DNA of 64,000 nt from Candidatus Multivorans sp. (lineage in GTDB: Bacteria > Acidobacteriota > Thermoanaerobaculia > Multivoradales > Multivoraceae): contig OZ251997.1 of NCBI GenBank assembly GCA_965247095.1, positions 2,688,001 through 2,752,000 on the forward strand, in the 5' to 3' direction. This document shows, piece after piece, positions 27,552 to 37,153 of this stretch. Numbering within the stretch: position 1 is the first letter of the stretch; each line of letters begins with the position of its first letter. Both the position numbers and the translations under genes were made by a program. The notes below the pieces were generated by a model. It did no database searches. It was given only the letters and a program-made list of their open reading frames with translations, and had not been told where the DNA came from.

Positions 27552-28930
27552 ATCGGTTCGCCCAACTGCGCCGTGAGCTCGGCCTGGCGGACGGCGAGTT
27601 CTTCGGGGGTCGAGGCTTCCAGGACGAGCCGCAGCAAGGGTTCGGTGTTCGACGGGCGGACGTTGAACCACCAGTCGTCGAAGTCGATGCGGATGCCGTC
27701 GAGGCGGTCGAGCGTGCCGCCTTGGGCCTCGACGTAGCGCTCGACGAGGGCCGCCATGGCGGCGTCCTTGTCCTCGACTTCGAAGTTGATCTCGCTGCTC
27801 TTCGCGTAGCGGCGAAGGGGCGCGGTGATCTCGGAGAAGGACTTGCCGGAGCGGCGGATCAGGTTGAGAACCGCGACCACGGCCAGGATCGAGCTGTCGG
27901 CGCAGTAGTTCTGGCGGAAGTAGTAGTGGCCGGCGAGTTCGCCGCCGAACAGGGCAGAGGTAGCGCGCATCGTCGCCTTGACGAACGAGTGGCCGACGCG
28001 TTCCGCCAGCGGTGTGCCGCCGTGCTCGCGGATGTACTCGGGCACCGCGCGGGAGGAGCGGATGTCGTGGATCACGGTGCCGCCGGGCACCCTTTCCAGC
28101 ATCAGGCCGGCGATCAGGCCGGTGATCAGGTCGGACCCGATCGGCTCGCCGAGCTCGTCCACGAAGGCGGCGCGGTCGCCGTCGCCGTCGAAACTGACGC
28201 CCAGGTCCGCTTGGCTGCCTGTGACGAGGCGGCTCAGGTCGTGCAGGTTCTCCGGCAGCAGCGGGTTCGCCTCGTGGTTCGGGAAGGTCCCGTCGAGTTC
28301 GAAGTAAAGCGGCAGCAGTTCGACGCCGCAGGCTTCGAGCAGGGACCGGTAGATCGTGCCCATCCCGTTCGCCGCGTCGGCCGCGAGCCGCAACTTCGGT
28401 CCGTCTCTGGCCTCGAACGACCGATCGAGGAAGGAGAGCACGTGCTCGGCGTACGCGGCTTCGATGCTCGTCGCTTCGACCCGTCCGGGCGACGCGGCCG
28501 GCGCCGGTTCCGGGCCGAGGGCGTGCTCCTCGATGATCGGGATGCCGTGGTCTCCCGACACCGGCACGGCGCCGGCGAGGCTGAACTTGAGGCCGTTGTA
28601 CTCGGCCGCGTTGTGGCTGGCCGTGACCTGGATGCCGCCCGCGGTGCCGAGCCGGCCGGTGGCGAAGTAGTTCATCGGCGTGGTGGCGAGGCCGATGTCG
28701 AGGACGTCGAGGCCGGCCCGGGTCAGCCCGTCGCAGAGCGCCTCGGAGAGTGGCACGCTGTGGGACCGCATATCGCGGCTGACGACGACCGTGCGCGGCC
28801 GCTCAGCGCCCTGGTCGCCTTCGAGTTCGACGAGGTGACCGAATGCCATCCCGATCCGGCGCGCCAGCTCCTCGTTCAACTGTCCCGGATAGAGGCCGCG
28901 GACGTCGTAGGCCTTGAAGATTCCTGCCAT
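27548..28930 (-). CDS. Phosphomannomutase/phosphoglucomutase
   Basis: IFKAYDVRG, TASHN, FDGDGDR, GGELAGH, RPSNTEP. Confidence 0.95.
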   Translation of the reverse strand: MAGIFKAYDVRGLYPGQLNEELARRIGMAFGHLVELEGDQGAERPRTVVVSRDMRSHSVPLSEALCDGLTRAGLDVLDIGLATTPMNYFATGRLGTAGGIQVTASHNAAEYNGLKFSLAGAVPVSGDHGIPIIEEHALGPEPAPAASPGRVEATSIEAAYAEHVLSFLDRSFEARDGPKLRLAADAANGMGTIYRSLLEACGVELLPLYFELDGTFPNHEANPLLPENLHDLSRLVTGSQADLGVSFDGDGDRAAFVDELGEPIGSDLITGLIAGLMLERVPGGTVIHDIRSSRAVPEYIREHGGTPLAERVGHSFVKATMRATSALFGGELAGHYYFRQNYCADSSILAVVAVLNLIRRSGKSFSEITAPLRRYAKSSEINFEVEDKDAAMAALVERYVEAQGGTLDRLDGIRIDFDDWWFNVRPSNTEPLLRLVLEASTPEELAVRQAELTAQLGEPI

Positions 28931-28949
28931 GGGGTTCTCTTGCCCTCGC

Positions 28950-31900
28950 TTAGTGAGGCTGTACTTCGATCACGAAGGCGAAGGACTGACCCTCGATGGG
29001 GGCCTCTTCCAGGCCGTCCGGTCCGTCGCCGTTCACGGCCTGGAGCGTGACAGCCAGGGTCTCGCCGCAGATCCACTCCCGGTGCGCGTCGATGGCCCGT
29101 TCGATCTCCTCGTTCGTCCGGTAGCGGACGGCGATGCGGTCGGCGTAGTCGAGGTCGGCGGCGCGGCGCCGGTTCTGGACCCGGTGGACGACCTCGCGTG
29201 CGAGGCCCTCGGCGATCAGGTCGTCGTCCAGGTCGACGTCGAGGGCCACCAGGAGCTCGCTGTCGCCGTGCACGGCGATCCCGGGCCGCTCTTCGAGCCG
29301 CACCTCGACCTCGTGCGGATCGAGGTACGCGGTGTCGCCGTCGAGGTCGATCGCGATGCGCCCGTGGCTGTCGAGTTCCCGCTTCAGGTCGGCGCCGCTT
29401 CGGGCGGCGAGGGCGGCCCGCACGGCCGGCATGGCGCGACCGAACCGGGGACCGCACTTCGGGTAGTGCGGCACCACGTCGAAGGAGACGTACTCGGAGC
29501 TGTCGGCGGCCCAGCCCACTTCGCGCACGTTCAGTTCGTCCGAGACGAGGTCGACGTAGGGCTCGACCAGGGATTCGAGTTCCGGATCGGCGCTGACCAG
29601 GGTGACGGAGCGGAGCGGCTGGCGGATCTTGATGCTGTTCGCGTTGCGCGCGGAGCGGCCATTGCGCGCTATCTGTAGCACGATTGCCATCGCCGCCTCG
29701 AGCCGCTCTTCGGCGCGGTCGGCGGGCGCCTCGGGCCACGACTCGAGGTGGCAACTGACCGCGCCCTGGCCCTGGCTCGAAAGCAGCCGGCGGTGCAGCT
29801 CCTCGGCCACGAAGGGCACGAAGGGGGCGATCAGGAGGCGCAGCGTGGTCAGGACTTCGTACAGAGTCTGGTAGGCGCTCTCCTTCTCCGTGGCCGGCCC
29901 GCCGGCGCCCGGCGCCTCGTTGGGCGCCCAGAACCGGTCGCGGCTGCGCCGGATGTACCAGTTCGTCAGCTCATCGAGAAACGTCTCGATGCCGCGTGCG
30001 GCGGGCGCCGTGCTGTAGCCGCGCAGATGGTCGGTTGTGGCTCGAACGAGCCGGTAGAGACGGAGCAGGATCCAGCGGTCGAGCTGAGCCCGTTCGGCGA
30101 AGGGGATTTCGGCCCGACCGGGTCTCCAGCCATCGAGGTTGGCGTAGATGGTGAAGAACGACAGCGCGTTCCACAACGGCAGCAGGAAGGTCTGGGCCGC
30201 TTCCCGCACCAGGCGAGCCGAGAAACGGGACGGCTGCTCCGGGTTGTTGACGCAGAAGTACCAGCGCAGGGCGTCGGCGCCGGTCTCGGCCAGCACCTCC
30301 ATCGGTTCGACCACGTTGCCGAGGCGTTTGGACATCTTGCGGCCGTTCTCGTCGTTGACGTGGCCGAGGACGATGCAGTTGCGGTAGGCCGGGCTGTCGA
30401 ACAGCAGGCAGCCGAGGACGTGCAGGGTGTAGAACCAGCCCCGGGTCTGATCGACCGCTTCGGAGATGAAGTCGGCCGGGAAGCGGGAGCGGAAGGTCTC
30501 CCGGTTCTCGAACGGATAGTGGTACTGCGCGAAGGGCATGGCGCCGGAATCGAACCAGGCGTCGATCACGTACTCGACGCGTTTCATGACGCCGGAACAG
30601 GCTGCGGCGCCGCACGACCAGTGGAAGTCGTCGTCGATGAAGGGGCGGTGGGGATCGAAGCTGGCGCGGTCGTACGGGTTGTCGGGCAGGGGCCTTCCGG
30701 CGCGCCGGAACAACTCCTCGAAGGAGCCGACGACCTCGGCCTCGCCGCAGTCGCCGCATTTCCAGACCGGCAGCGGCGTGCCCCAGTAGCGGCTGCGGGA
30801 CAGGGCCCAGTCGACGACGTTCTCGAGCCAGTCCCCGAAGCGTCCCTCCCCCACGTGCTCCGGGTGCCAGTGGACCTGCCGGTTCTTCTCGATCAACCGG
30901 TCGCGGGCCGCGGTGGTGCGCACGAACCAGCTCGTCGTCGCGTAGTAGAGCAGCGGCTGATCGCAGCGCCAGCAGAAGGGGTAGCTGTGGCTGTGCCGTT
31001 CGCCGTGGAGCAGGCGGCCCCGCAGCCGCAGCGAGCGGACGATCTTCGGGTCGGCGTCCTTGAACCAGTCGCCGTTGATCTCGTCGATCAGGGACCGGAT
31101 GGAAGGATCTTCGGAACTTGCGTCGGCGTCGAGCGCGACCCGGCCCTCCGCGTCGACCGCCTGCAACTCCGGCAGACCGTATTCGCGGCCGCTGCGTTCG
31201 TCGTCCTCGCCGAACAGGGGCGCCGTGTGGACCGCGCCGGTGCCCTCGGCCCGGGTGACGTAGTCGGCGAGCAGGATGCGGAAACCGGCGGCGTCCGACA
31301 CCTCGGCGGGCTGGTACGGGCGACTCGGTTCGACGGGGAACGGCCGGTCGTAGAGCAGGCCCTCCAGGGCCCGGCCGGAGAAGCGGGCCACCGTCGCGGC
31401 TTCGCGCAGGTCGAGGCGGGTCGGCTTGCCGTTGCCGGGAACGAGCACCGGAACCGGTCGTTCGAGGTCCTCTGCGATCAGCAGCAGCCGCGCCGGGTCG
31501 GCGGGGTCGGTCACAGCGCGGTAGGTCAGTTCGGGATGCACCGCGATGCCGGCGTGGGAAAGCAGCGTCCAGGGCGTCGTCGTCCAGGCCACGATGGCGA
31601 TCGGCCGGTCGGTGCTGAACGCCGCGTCCCCGTGTGCCTCGTCGCCGATTGCCCCAAACGTCTGGCCGGGCCGTAGCGGGAAGCGCACCCAGATCGACGG
31701 ATCCTCCGTGTCCCGGTAGTTCTGCGCCACCTCGTGGCTCGACAGGGTGGTGCCGCAGCGGGCGCAGTAGGGCTGGATCTTCCGGCCCTCGTAGAGCAGG
31801 TCCTGCCGCCAGAGCTCGGCCAGCGCCCACCACACGGATTCGATGTAGGTGTTCTTGTAGGTCAGGTAGGCGCCGTCCATGTCGAGCCAGTAGCCCACCC

Positions 31901-32327
31901 GCTCGGTCATCCTCCGCCACTGGCGCTCGTAGGCGCTGACGCTCTCGAGGCAGGCGCGGTTGAACTTCTCGATTCCGTAGTCCTCGATCTGCTGTTTGCC
32001 GGAGAAGCCGAGCCGCTTCTCGACCTCGATCTCCACCGGCAGGCCGTGCGTGTCCCAACCGCCCTTGCGGGGCACGCGCCGCCCGGTCATCGTGCGGAAC
32101 CGGGGGTAGAGGTCCTTGACCACGCGGGTAACGACATGGCCGACGTGCGGCACGTTGTTGGCGGTCGGCGGACCCTCGTAGAACGAGAACTCGCGGTCGT
32201 CGTCGCCGCCGGCCGCCAGAGAGGCCTCGAAGACCTTTTCGCGCCGCCAGAACTCGAGCGTCTCGCGCTCGAGTTCTGGAAAGGGATAGCCGCCCGGGAC
32301 GGACGGGAAGGCGGGATCCCTGGACAC
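28950..32327 (-). CDS. ileS: Isoleucine--tRNA ligase (type 2)
   Basis: YEGPPTAN..PHVGH, GWDTHGLPVE, WTTTPWTL, DWALSRSRYWGTP, DQTRGWFY, KMSKR; no C-terminal Zn finger. Confidence 0.97.
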   Translation of the reverse strand: MSRDPAFPSVPGGYPFPELERETLEFWRREKVFEASLAAGGDDDREFSFYEGPPTANNVPHVGHVVTRVVKDLYPRFRTMTGRRVPRKGGWDTHGLPVEIEVEKRLGFSGKQQIEDYGIEKFNRACLESVSAYERQWRRMTERVGYWLDMDGAYLTYKNTYIESVWWALAELWRQDLLYEGRKIQPYCARCGTTLSSHEVAQNYRDTEDPSIWVRFPLRPGQTFGAIGDEAHGDAAFSTDRPIAIVAWTTTPWTLLSHAGIAVHPELTYRAVTDPADPARLLLIAEDLERPVPVLVPGNGKPTRLDLREAATVARFSGRALEGLLYDRPFPVEPSRPYQPAEVSDAAGFRILLADYVTRAEGTGAVHTAPLFGEDDERSGREYGLPELQAVDAEGRVALDADASSEDPSIRSLIDEINGDWFKDADPKIVRSLRLRGRLLHGERHSHSYPFCWRCDQPLLYYATTSWFVRTTAARDRLIEKNRQVHWHPEHVGEGRFGDWLENVVDWALSRSRYWGTPLPVWKCGDCGEAEVVGSFEELFRRAGRPLPDNPYDRASFDPHRPFIDDDFHWSCGAAACSGVMKRVEYVIDAWFDSGAMPFAQYHYPFENRETFRSRFPADFISEAVDQTRGWFYTLHVLGCLLFDSPAYRNCIVLGHVNDENGRKMSKRLGNVVEPMEVLAETGADALRWYFCVNNPEQPSRFSARLVREAAQTFLLPLWNALSFFTIYANLDGWRPGRAEIPFAERAQLDRWILLRLYRLVRATTDHLRGYSTAPAARGIETFLDELTNWYIRRSRDRFWAPNEAPGAGGPATEKESAYQTLYEVLTTLRLLIAPFVPFVAEELHRRLLSSQGQGAVSCHLESWPEAPADRAEERLEAAMAIVLQIARNGRSARNANSIKIRQPLRSVTLVSADPELESLVEPYVDLVSDELNVREVGWAADSSEYVSFDVVPHYPKCGPRFGRAMPAVRAALAARSGADLKRELDSHGRIAIDLDGDTAYLDPHEVEVRLEERPGIAVHGDSELLVALDVDLDDDLIAEGLAREVVHRVQNRRRAADLDYADRIAVRYRTNEEIERAIDAHREWICGETLAVTLQAVNGDGPDGLEEAPIEGQSFAFVIEVQPH

Positions 32328-32368
32328 GGCGTGCGGACGTTGCAGCAGAGTCGGGGAGGATGCCCCGA

Positions 32369-33382
32369 TCAGGCGGCGAAACGCTGGCGCTCGATGAACG
32401 CCGTAAGCGCCGCCGCGACCTTGGCCGGCCGTTCGACGTGGGGCAGATTGCGGCAGCCGTCGAAGACCTCCAGGTCGGCCTTCGGCAGCTCCTGGAGCCA
32501 GAGATCGGCAGTCTCAAGCGGTGGATGGGTGGCCTGACGGCCCCATGCCAGCCACAGCGGCTGCTGGAGTTCGTGGCCGAAACCGGCTTCGAGTTGGTGG
32601 CCGAGCCGGCCGCAGAGGCTATCGATCAGGGCGTGGCTGGCGCCGGGCAGGTGGCTGGCGCGGTACATCGCCTCGACCACCGCTTCGCCGAGTCCCTCGG
32701 CCCCGAACATGGTCTCGCGACGCAGGTGAGTCTCCAGAGCCCGCTGGCCGGTCACCAGGTTGAGTGCCGAGGTGCCGAGCAGGGGGGCTCGCAGGAGCGT
32801 ATGAAGGACAGGGTCGCCGCGGTCCTGGATGACGTCGACGCCCAGGCTCTGAGGTGCGATGAGCGCCAGGGCGGCGACCCGTTGGGGCGCATCCAGGGCC
32901 ACCTGGACGGCGTATGCCGCGGCGCGGTGCGGGGCGACGAGAACCGCGGGTTCGCCGATGGCCTTTTCCAGGAAACGGTCGAGCAGTTCGATGTAGAGCT
33001 CGGCCGTGTAACGCTGAGCCTTGCGCTCCGAGTCGCCCCAGCCGAGCCAGTCGGGGACGAAGCAGTCGTGGCCGCCAGCGAGGCGCTCTGCCGCTTCGCG
33101 CCAGAGCAGTCCGGTGTGGCCGGGTCCGAAGGTGTGAAGCAGGACCATCGGCGGCGCGGCGCCCTGGCCGGCCCGGGGCAGGTGGACGAAGGCGATCCGC
33201 TGACCGTCGATCTCGATGTGCCGGGTGGCGCCCCACGCGGGTCGGGGCAACCGCGCGGCCCGGCGCGCGACCACCGTGTTGATGACGGCGGGCGCCCCGA
33301 GCGCCACCCCGCCCAGAATCAGGCCGCGGGTCACGCGACGCCTGCGAAGACGCTTCAGTTCCTGGTCGGCGGACCGTGCCAT
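32369..33382 (-). CDS. Membrane-anchored alpha/beta-fold protein
   Basis: N-terminal hydrophobic segment, VLLH, DWLGWGDS, LPHVE.P; nucleophile elbow appears degenerate. Confidence 0.75.
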   Translation of the reverse strand: MARSADQELKRLRRRRVTRGLILGGVALGAPAVINTVVARRAARLPRPAWGATRHIEIDGQRIAFVHLPRAGQGAAPPMVLLHTFGPGHTGLLWREAAERLAGGHDCFVPDWLGWGDSERKAQRYTAELYIELLDRFLEKAIGEPAVLVAPHRAAAYAVQVALDAPQRVAALALIAPQSLGVDVIQDRGDPVLHTLLRAPLLGTSALNLVTGQRALETHLRRETMFGAEGLGEAVVEAMYRASHLPGASHALIDSLCGRLGHQLEAGFGHELQQPLWLAWGRQATHPPLETADLWLQELPKADLEVFDGCRNLPHVERPAKVAAALTAFIERQRFAA

Positions 33383-33424
33383 GACGCGGACAATAACAGT
33401 GCAAGCGGCGTGCATAATCTGCTC

Positions 33425-33898
33425 GTGGCGTTCGAGATCGTCGTGGTGTGGGTTGGTCGTCGGCGTGAGCCTTGGGAGTCCCTCTGCGGCGACTACCGCC
33501 GGCGGATCCGGAGGTTCGTTCCGGTGCGGGAGCAGGTGGTGCGTCCGGCGCGCGGGGACGACCGGACTCGTCTTCGGCTCGAGGGGAACGCCATCCGCGC
33601 CGTCCTGCCCCCGGAGGTCTGGACGGTGTGCCTCGACCGGAAGGGCCGGAACCTGAGTTCAAGCGCCCTCGCGGCGGAGGTCGGGCGGCTGCGCACCGAG
33701 TGGCGCCGGCCGGTCGCGTGGATCGTCGGGTCCGATCTGGGACTCGATCGCAAGTTGTTGGAATCGTCGCGTTCCCGGCTTTCTCTGGGGTCTTTGACCC
33801 TCCCTCACGAACTCGCCCGGTTGACCGTTCTCGAGCAGATCTACCGCTCTTTCACCATCCTTGCGGGAATCAACTATCATCGGCGACCGTTTCACTGA
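33425..33898 (+). CDS. rlmH: 23S rRNA pseudouridine-1915 N3-methyltransferase
   Basis: LD..G..LSS, VGS..GL, SLGSLTLPHELARL..LEQIYR..TI..G.NYH. Confidence 0.93.
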   Translation: MAFEIVVVWVGRRREPWESLCGDYRRRIRRFVPVREQVVRPARGDDRTRLRLEGNAIRAVLPPEVWTVCLDRKGRNLSSSALAAEVGRLRTEWRRPVAWIVGSDLGLDRKLLESSRSRLSLGSLTLPHELARLTVLEQIYRSFTILAGINYHRRPFH

Positions 33899-33918
33899 GC
33901 CGCGTGAGGAAAAAAGAA

Positions 33919-35649
33919 GTGGCAAGCGCTGACGAAAGCGCCCGGAGCGGCGGAACAGACAACAGGAAGGATCAGGCTGCCGCCAAGGCTCGCTCGGTCG
34001 AAACCGAACAGGCCGCGGCGAAGAAGGCTGCGGCCGAGGCGGCGCGCAAGGTGGCTGCAGCCGAGCGCGCGGCGAAGTCCGCTGTCCAGAAGAAGGCCGT
34101 GGCTCAACAGGCCGCTCGGGAGGCGAAGTCGTTGTCGGCCGCCGCCGCCAGAGCGAAGAAGGTCGCCGAAACCAAGAAGGCGGCTGCCGCGGCTGCCGTC
34201 AAGGCGGCGACCGAACGCCGCGTTGCCGCGAGGAAGGCGGAGAGAGCGGCTGCAGCGGGCAACACGGCCGCGGAGAAGGCAGTCGGGATCGCCGCCGCGC
34301 GTCAGTCGGCAGCGCAGCAGGCTGCGAAGGACAAGAAGACCAGGGCCGCGCTGGCTCAGACGGCTGAGCGGGAGGCCGAGGCGCGCAAGGCGGCGCATGA
34401 CGAGGCGGTCAAGAAGGCCGCCGAGTTGTCGCGTCTGGCGAGGGAGGCGGCCGGGCGCCTAAGTACCGCGGAAGCGACGGCGAAGCGAGCGGATCGCGAA
34501 GCGGCTGCCAAGGCTGCGGCCGCGGAGAAGGCCGCTCTGGAGGCTGCGGAGAGCAGAGCGGCGCTCGAGGAAGCCCGGAGCACCGAAGCTGCGGAGCGTG
34601 AAGCCGCCGAAACCGCCATGGCGGTTGAGGGGGACGAGAAGGAGGCGGCGAAGCTTGCGACTCGTGACGCCACTGCCCGTAGGTCTGCGGCGGTGCAAGC
34701 AGAACGCAAGGCCGGCAGCACCTCCGATCTCGCGGCCAAGGGACAGAAGGAGGCGACCGCCAGGAAGAAGGCAGCCGCGCAGTCGGCGAGGCTTGCCGCG
34801 ACGGCAGGCGCCGCCGCCGAAAAGGCGGCGAAGCTGGCGTCGGAACGCAAGACGGTAGCCCAGGCGGCGGCCAAGGATGCCGCTCTAAAGGGGGTGGCGG
34901 CGCGGAAGGCCGCGCGCACGGCAGCGTCCCGGTCAGCGGCGTTCGAGAAGGCTGCCAAGGCTGCGGCCGAGGCGAAGGCCGCGGCGAAGGCCGCGGCCAG
35001 GGCGGCTGAGCGGGCTGCTGCCGCCGCGGAGAAGCGGGTAGCCAAGGCCCTGGCGGCGGAGGAAGCCGAGGCGAAGAGGCCTGAGGTGGAGGCAGCAGCC
35101 GCAGCGGAAACCGCCGCGAGGGAGGCCTCCGAACGGGAAGCCGCAAAGCGACTTGCGGCCAAGCAGCAGTTGGCCAGGAAGAAGGCAGCCCAGAAGAAGG
35201 CGCCTCCGCGGACAGCGCCGACGCTGCTCCTCAGGCCACAGCGCACGGGCGACGGCCAGGGGAATAACGCTGGTCTAAAGATCTCCGACGTCGACATGGA
35301 ATTGGTGCGGGAGCGGCTGGAGAAGAAGCGGCGGGAGCTGTTCGGTCGCTACAGCCGTGACCTCCATGCCGGCCTGAAGGCGTCGTCGGGCGAAGGGTCG
35401 GAGGATCTCGTCGACCGGGCGAACCACGCCTACAGCCGGGAGTTGAACTTCTCGCTGTCCGACAGCGACGGAACTCTGCTGGAGCGGATCGACGAGGCGA
35501 CGACCCGTCTCGACGACGGCACCTTCGGCGTCTGCGTCCACTGCCACGCTGAGCTCGGCCCTGCCCGCCTCGAAGCGGTGCCCTGGGCCTCCTATTGCTT
35601 CAACTGCCAGGAACTCGAGGAGAAGGGTCGGCTTCCGAGAGAAGAGTGA
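33919..35649 (+). CDS. DksA/TraR C4-zinc-finger protein with long Ala/Lys/Glu-rich N-terminal extension
   Basis: C-terminal DLVDRA coiled-coil tip, G.C.HC...RLEAVPW...CFNCQE; about 430 aa of AAKKAA/AAER low-complexity sequence; GAGGA SD before GTG 33919. Confidence 0.8.
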   Translation: MASADESARSGGTDNRKDQAAAKARSVETEQAAAKKAAAEAARKVAAAERAAKSAVQKKAVAQQAAREAKSLSAAAARAKKVAETKKAAAAAAVKAATERRVAARKAERAAAAGNTAAEKAVGIAAARQSAAQQAAKDKKTRAALAQTAEREAEARKAAHDEAVKKAAELSRLAREAAGRLSTAEATAKRADREAAAKAAAAEKAALEAAESRAALEEARSTEAAEREAAETAMAVEGDEKEAAKLATRDATARRSAAVQAERKAGSTSDLAAKGQKEATARKKAAAQSARLAATAGAAAEKAAKLASERKTVAQAAAKDAALKGVAARKAARTAASRSAAFEKAAKAAAEAKAAAKAAARAAERAAAAAEKRVAKALAAEEAEAKRPEVEAAAAAETAAREASEREAAKRLAAKQQLARKKAAQKKAPPRTAPTLLLRPQRTGDGQGNNAGLKISDVDMELVRERLEKKRRELFGRYSRDLHAGLKASSGEGSEDLVDRANHAYSRELNFSLSDSDGTLLERIDEATTRLDDGTFGVCVHCHAELGPARLEAVPWASYCFNCQELEEKGRLPREE

Positions 35650-37151
35650 AGACGGCTGCTGCAATCGACGCGGCGGTCGCGCGCATCGAAGGCGGTGACC
35701 GCCAGCCGCTGTACCTCGTGATCGGCGAGCAGGTGGTGGCGATGAAGGCGGCGACCCGGATTGCGGGCGCCCTGGCAGCAGGCAGCGGCTGTGAGGTGGT
35801 CGTCCACAAACGGCCGGCCGAGCTGCGTCCGATCCTGGCCGATCTGTTGACCTTTTCCCTCTTCGATCCGGCCAAGGTCACCCTGGTCAGCGACAGCGCG
35901 ATCTTTGCCGACAAGACCGCCGCCGCCGACCTGATCGACGACGCGGAGGCGGCGCTGCCGGTCTCGGCGGGGGCCGCGCTCTCGTCCGCGGGGAAGGAAG
36001 CGGCCGGCCGGCTCCTGCAGGCGCTGCGGCTGTTCAGTATTCCCGCGGACGCAGGTGCTCCCGATGAGGTGGTCTCGTCGCTGCCCGCTTCGGCCCTGGA
36101 CGGAGGCGTGAAGCACCGCAGGCGCAGCAGGCGCCGGCGAACGAAGAAACAGAAGGCGGAACTCGCCGGGGACCTGGCCGGATTGCTCGAGGCCGCGAGA
36201 GCCGAGGATCTCATGGGGTGGTCGGACAGCGATCTGGCCGAGCTTGGCCGCATGGTCGACGGCGTTCTGCCGGAGGGGCATGCCCTCGTGTTTGCCGAAC
36301 GGCGCGCCGACCGCGCCCACCCTCTCGTTCAGCGGCTGTCCGAGAGGAAGGCGACCTTCGAGGTCGGTGCGCTCGAGTTCGACCGCCGTGGCGGAGTTGG
36401 GGGACTCGACTCCGTCGTCGCCGAGCTGGCGGATGAGACCGGCGTCGGCATCGATCGCGGCGCGGTGGAGGAATTGGCGCGCCGTACCCTGCGCAAGAGC
36501 GAGGGCTGGGGCGAGACCGAGGTCGACGCCGACTCCGCCGCCCGTTTCGCCGCCGAGTACCGCAAGATCGCCGGCGCGGTCCGCGATCGGGCGGGCCGGA
36601 TCGACCGGAGCGCGGTGGAGGAGATGGTGGCCGACCGCGGCGACCAGGATGTTTTCCAACTGCTCGACGCGATCGCCCAGCAGCGTCCCGCCCAGGCGCT
36701 CGCACTCTTCAGGCGCCGGCTGGACAGTTCCGCCGACCGGAACGCCGCTCGACTCTCCTTCTTCGCCCTGCTGGCCAACTTCTGCCAGCAGTTGGCGGTT
36801 GCCCATGGCATTGCGGTGTCCCTCGACCTTCCGGCAGAGCGCAACTTCAACCGCTTCAAGACACGTGTCCTGCCGAAGCTGACCGCCGAACTGCCGGGCG
36901 GCGCCGCCAACCCGCTGACGCGGATCCACCCGTTTCGCCTCTTCCGCATCTACGAGGCGGCTTCAGCGCGGCGCGATGCCCGCGCCTCGCGGGCAATCGC
37001 CGGTCTGCCCTGGCGGGTGCTCCAGACGGAAGTGCGGCTCAAGGGCGGCAGCGCCGACGGCGATACCGCGCTGGAGGCGCTGGTCGCGGCGGTAGCGGGC
37101 ATGAGCCGGACCGGTCGCGACGGCGGCGCCCGCGGCCGCCGCTCGTCCTGA
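35646..37151 (+). CDS. holA: DNA polymerase III delta subunit-like protein (enlarged)
   Basis: PLYLVIGE, LLTFSLF, I...AVEELA, E..K, VFQLLDAI, L..E..LKGG...ALEALV pattern of HolA. Confidence 0.7.
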   Translation: MKTAAAIDAAVARIEGGDRQPLYLVIGEQVVAMKAATRIAGALAAGSGCEVVVHKRPAELRPILADLLTFSLFDPAKVTLVSDSAIFADKTAAADLIDDAEAALPVSAGAALSSAGKEAAGRLLQALRLFSIPADAGAPDEVVSSLPASALDGGVKHRRRSRRRRTKKQKAELAGDLAGLLEAARAEDLMGWSDSDLAELGRMVDGVLPEGHALVFAERRADRAHPLVQRLSERKATFEVGALEFDRRGGVGGLDSVVAELADETGVGIDRGAVEELARRTLRKSEGWGETEVDADSAARFAAEYRKIAGAVRDRAGRIDRSAVEEMVADRGDQDVFQLLDAIAQQRPAQALALFRRRLDSSADRNAARLSFFALLANFCQQLAVAHGIAVSLDLPAERNFNRFKTRVLPKLTAELPGGAANPLTRIHPFRLFRIYEAASARRDARASRAIAGLPWRVLQTEVRLKGGSADGDTALEALVAAVAGMSRTGRDGGARGRRSS

Positions 37152-37153
37152 CG

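Noticed and set aside
32328-32368. Possible T-box leader for ileS
   Set aside because: Only about 40 bp separate it from the upstream gene; no T-box sequence or terminator
29971-32517. 848-aa ORF and other long Arg/Pro/Gly-rich alternative-frame ORFs throughout the window
   Set aside because: Frame-shifted shadows of ileS and other clear genes, with composition typical of non-coding frames at high GC
34000-35200. Possible DNA tandem repeat/VNTR in the Ala/Lys-rich region
   Set aside because: The low complexity is at protein level; no exact periodic DNA unit seen
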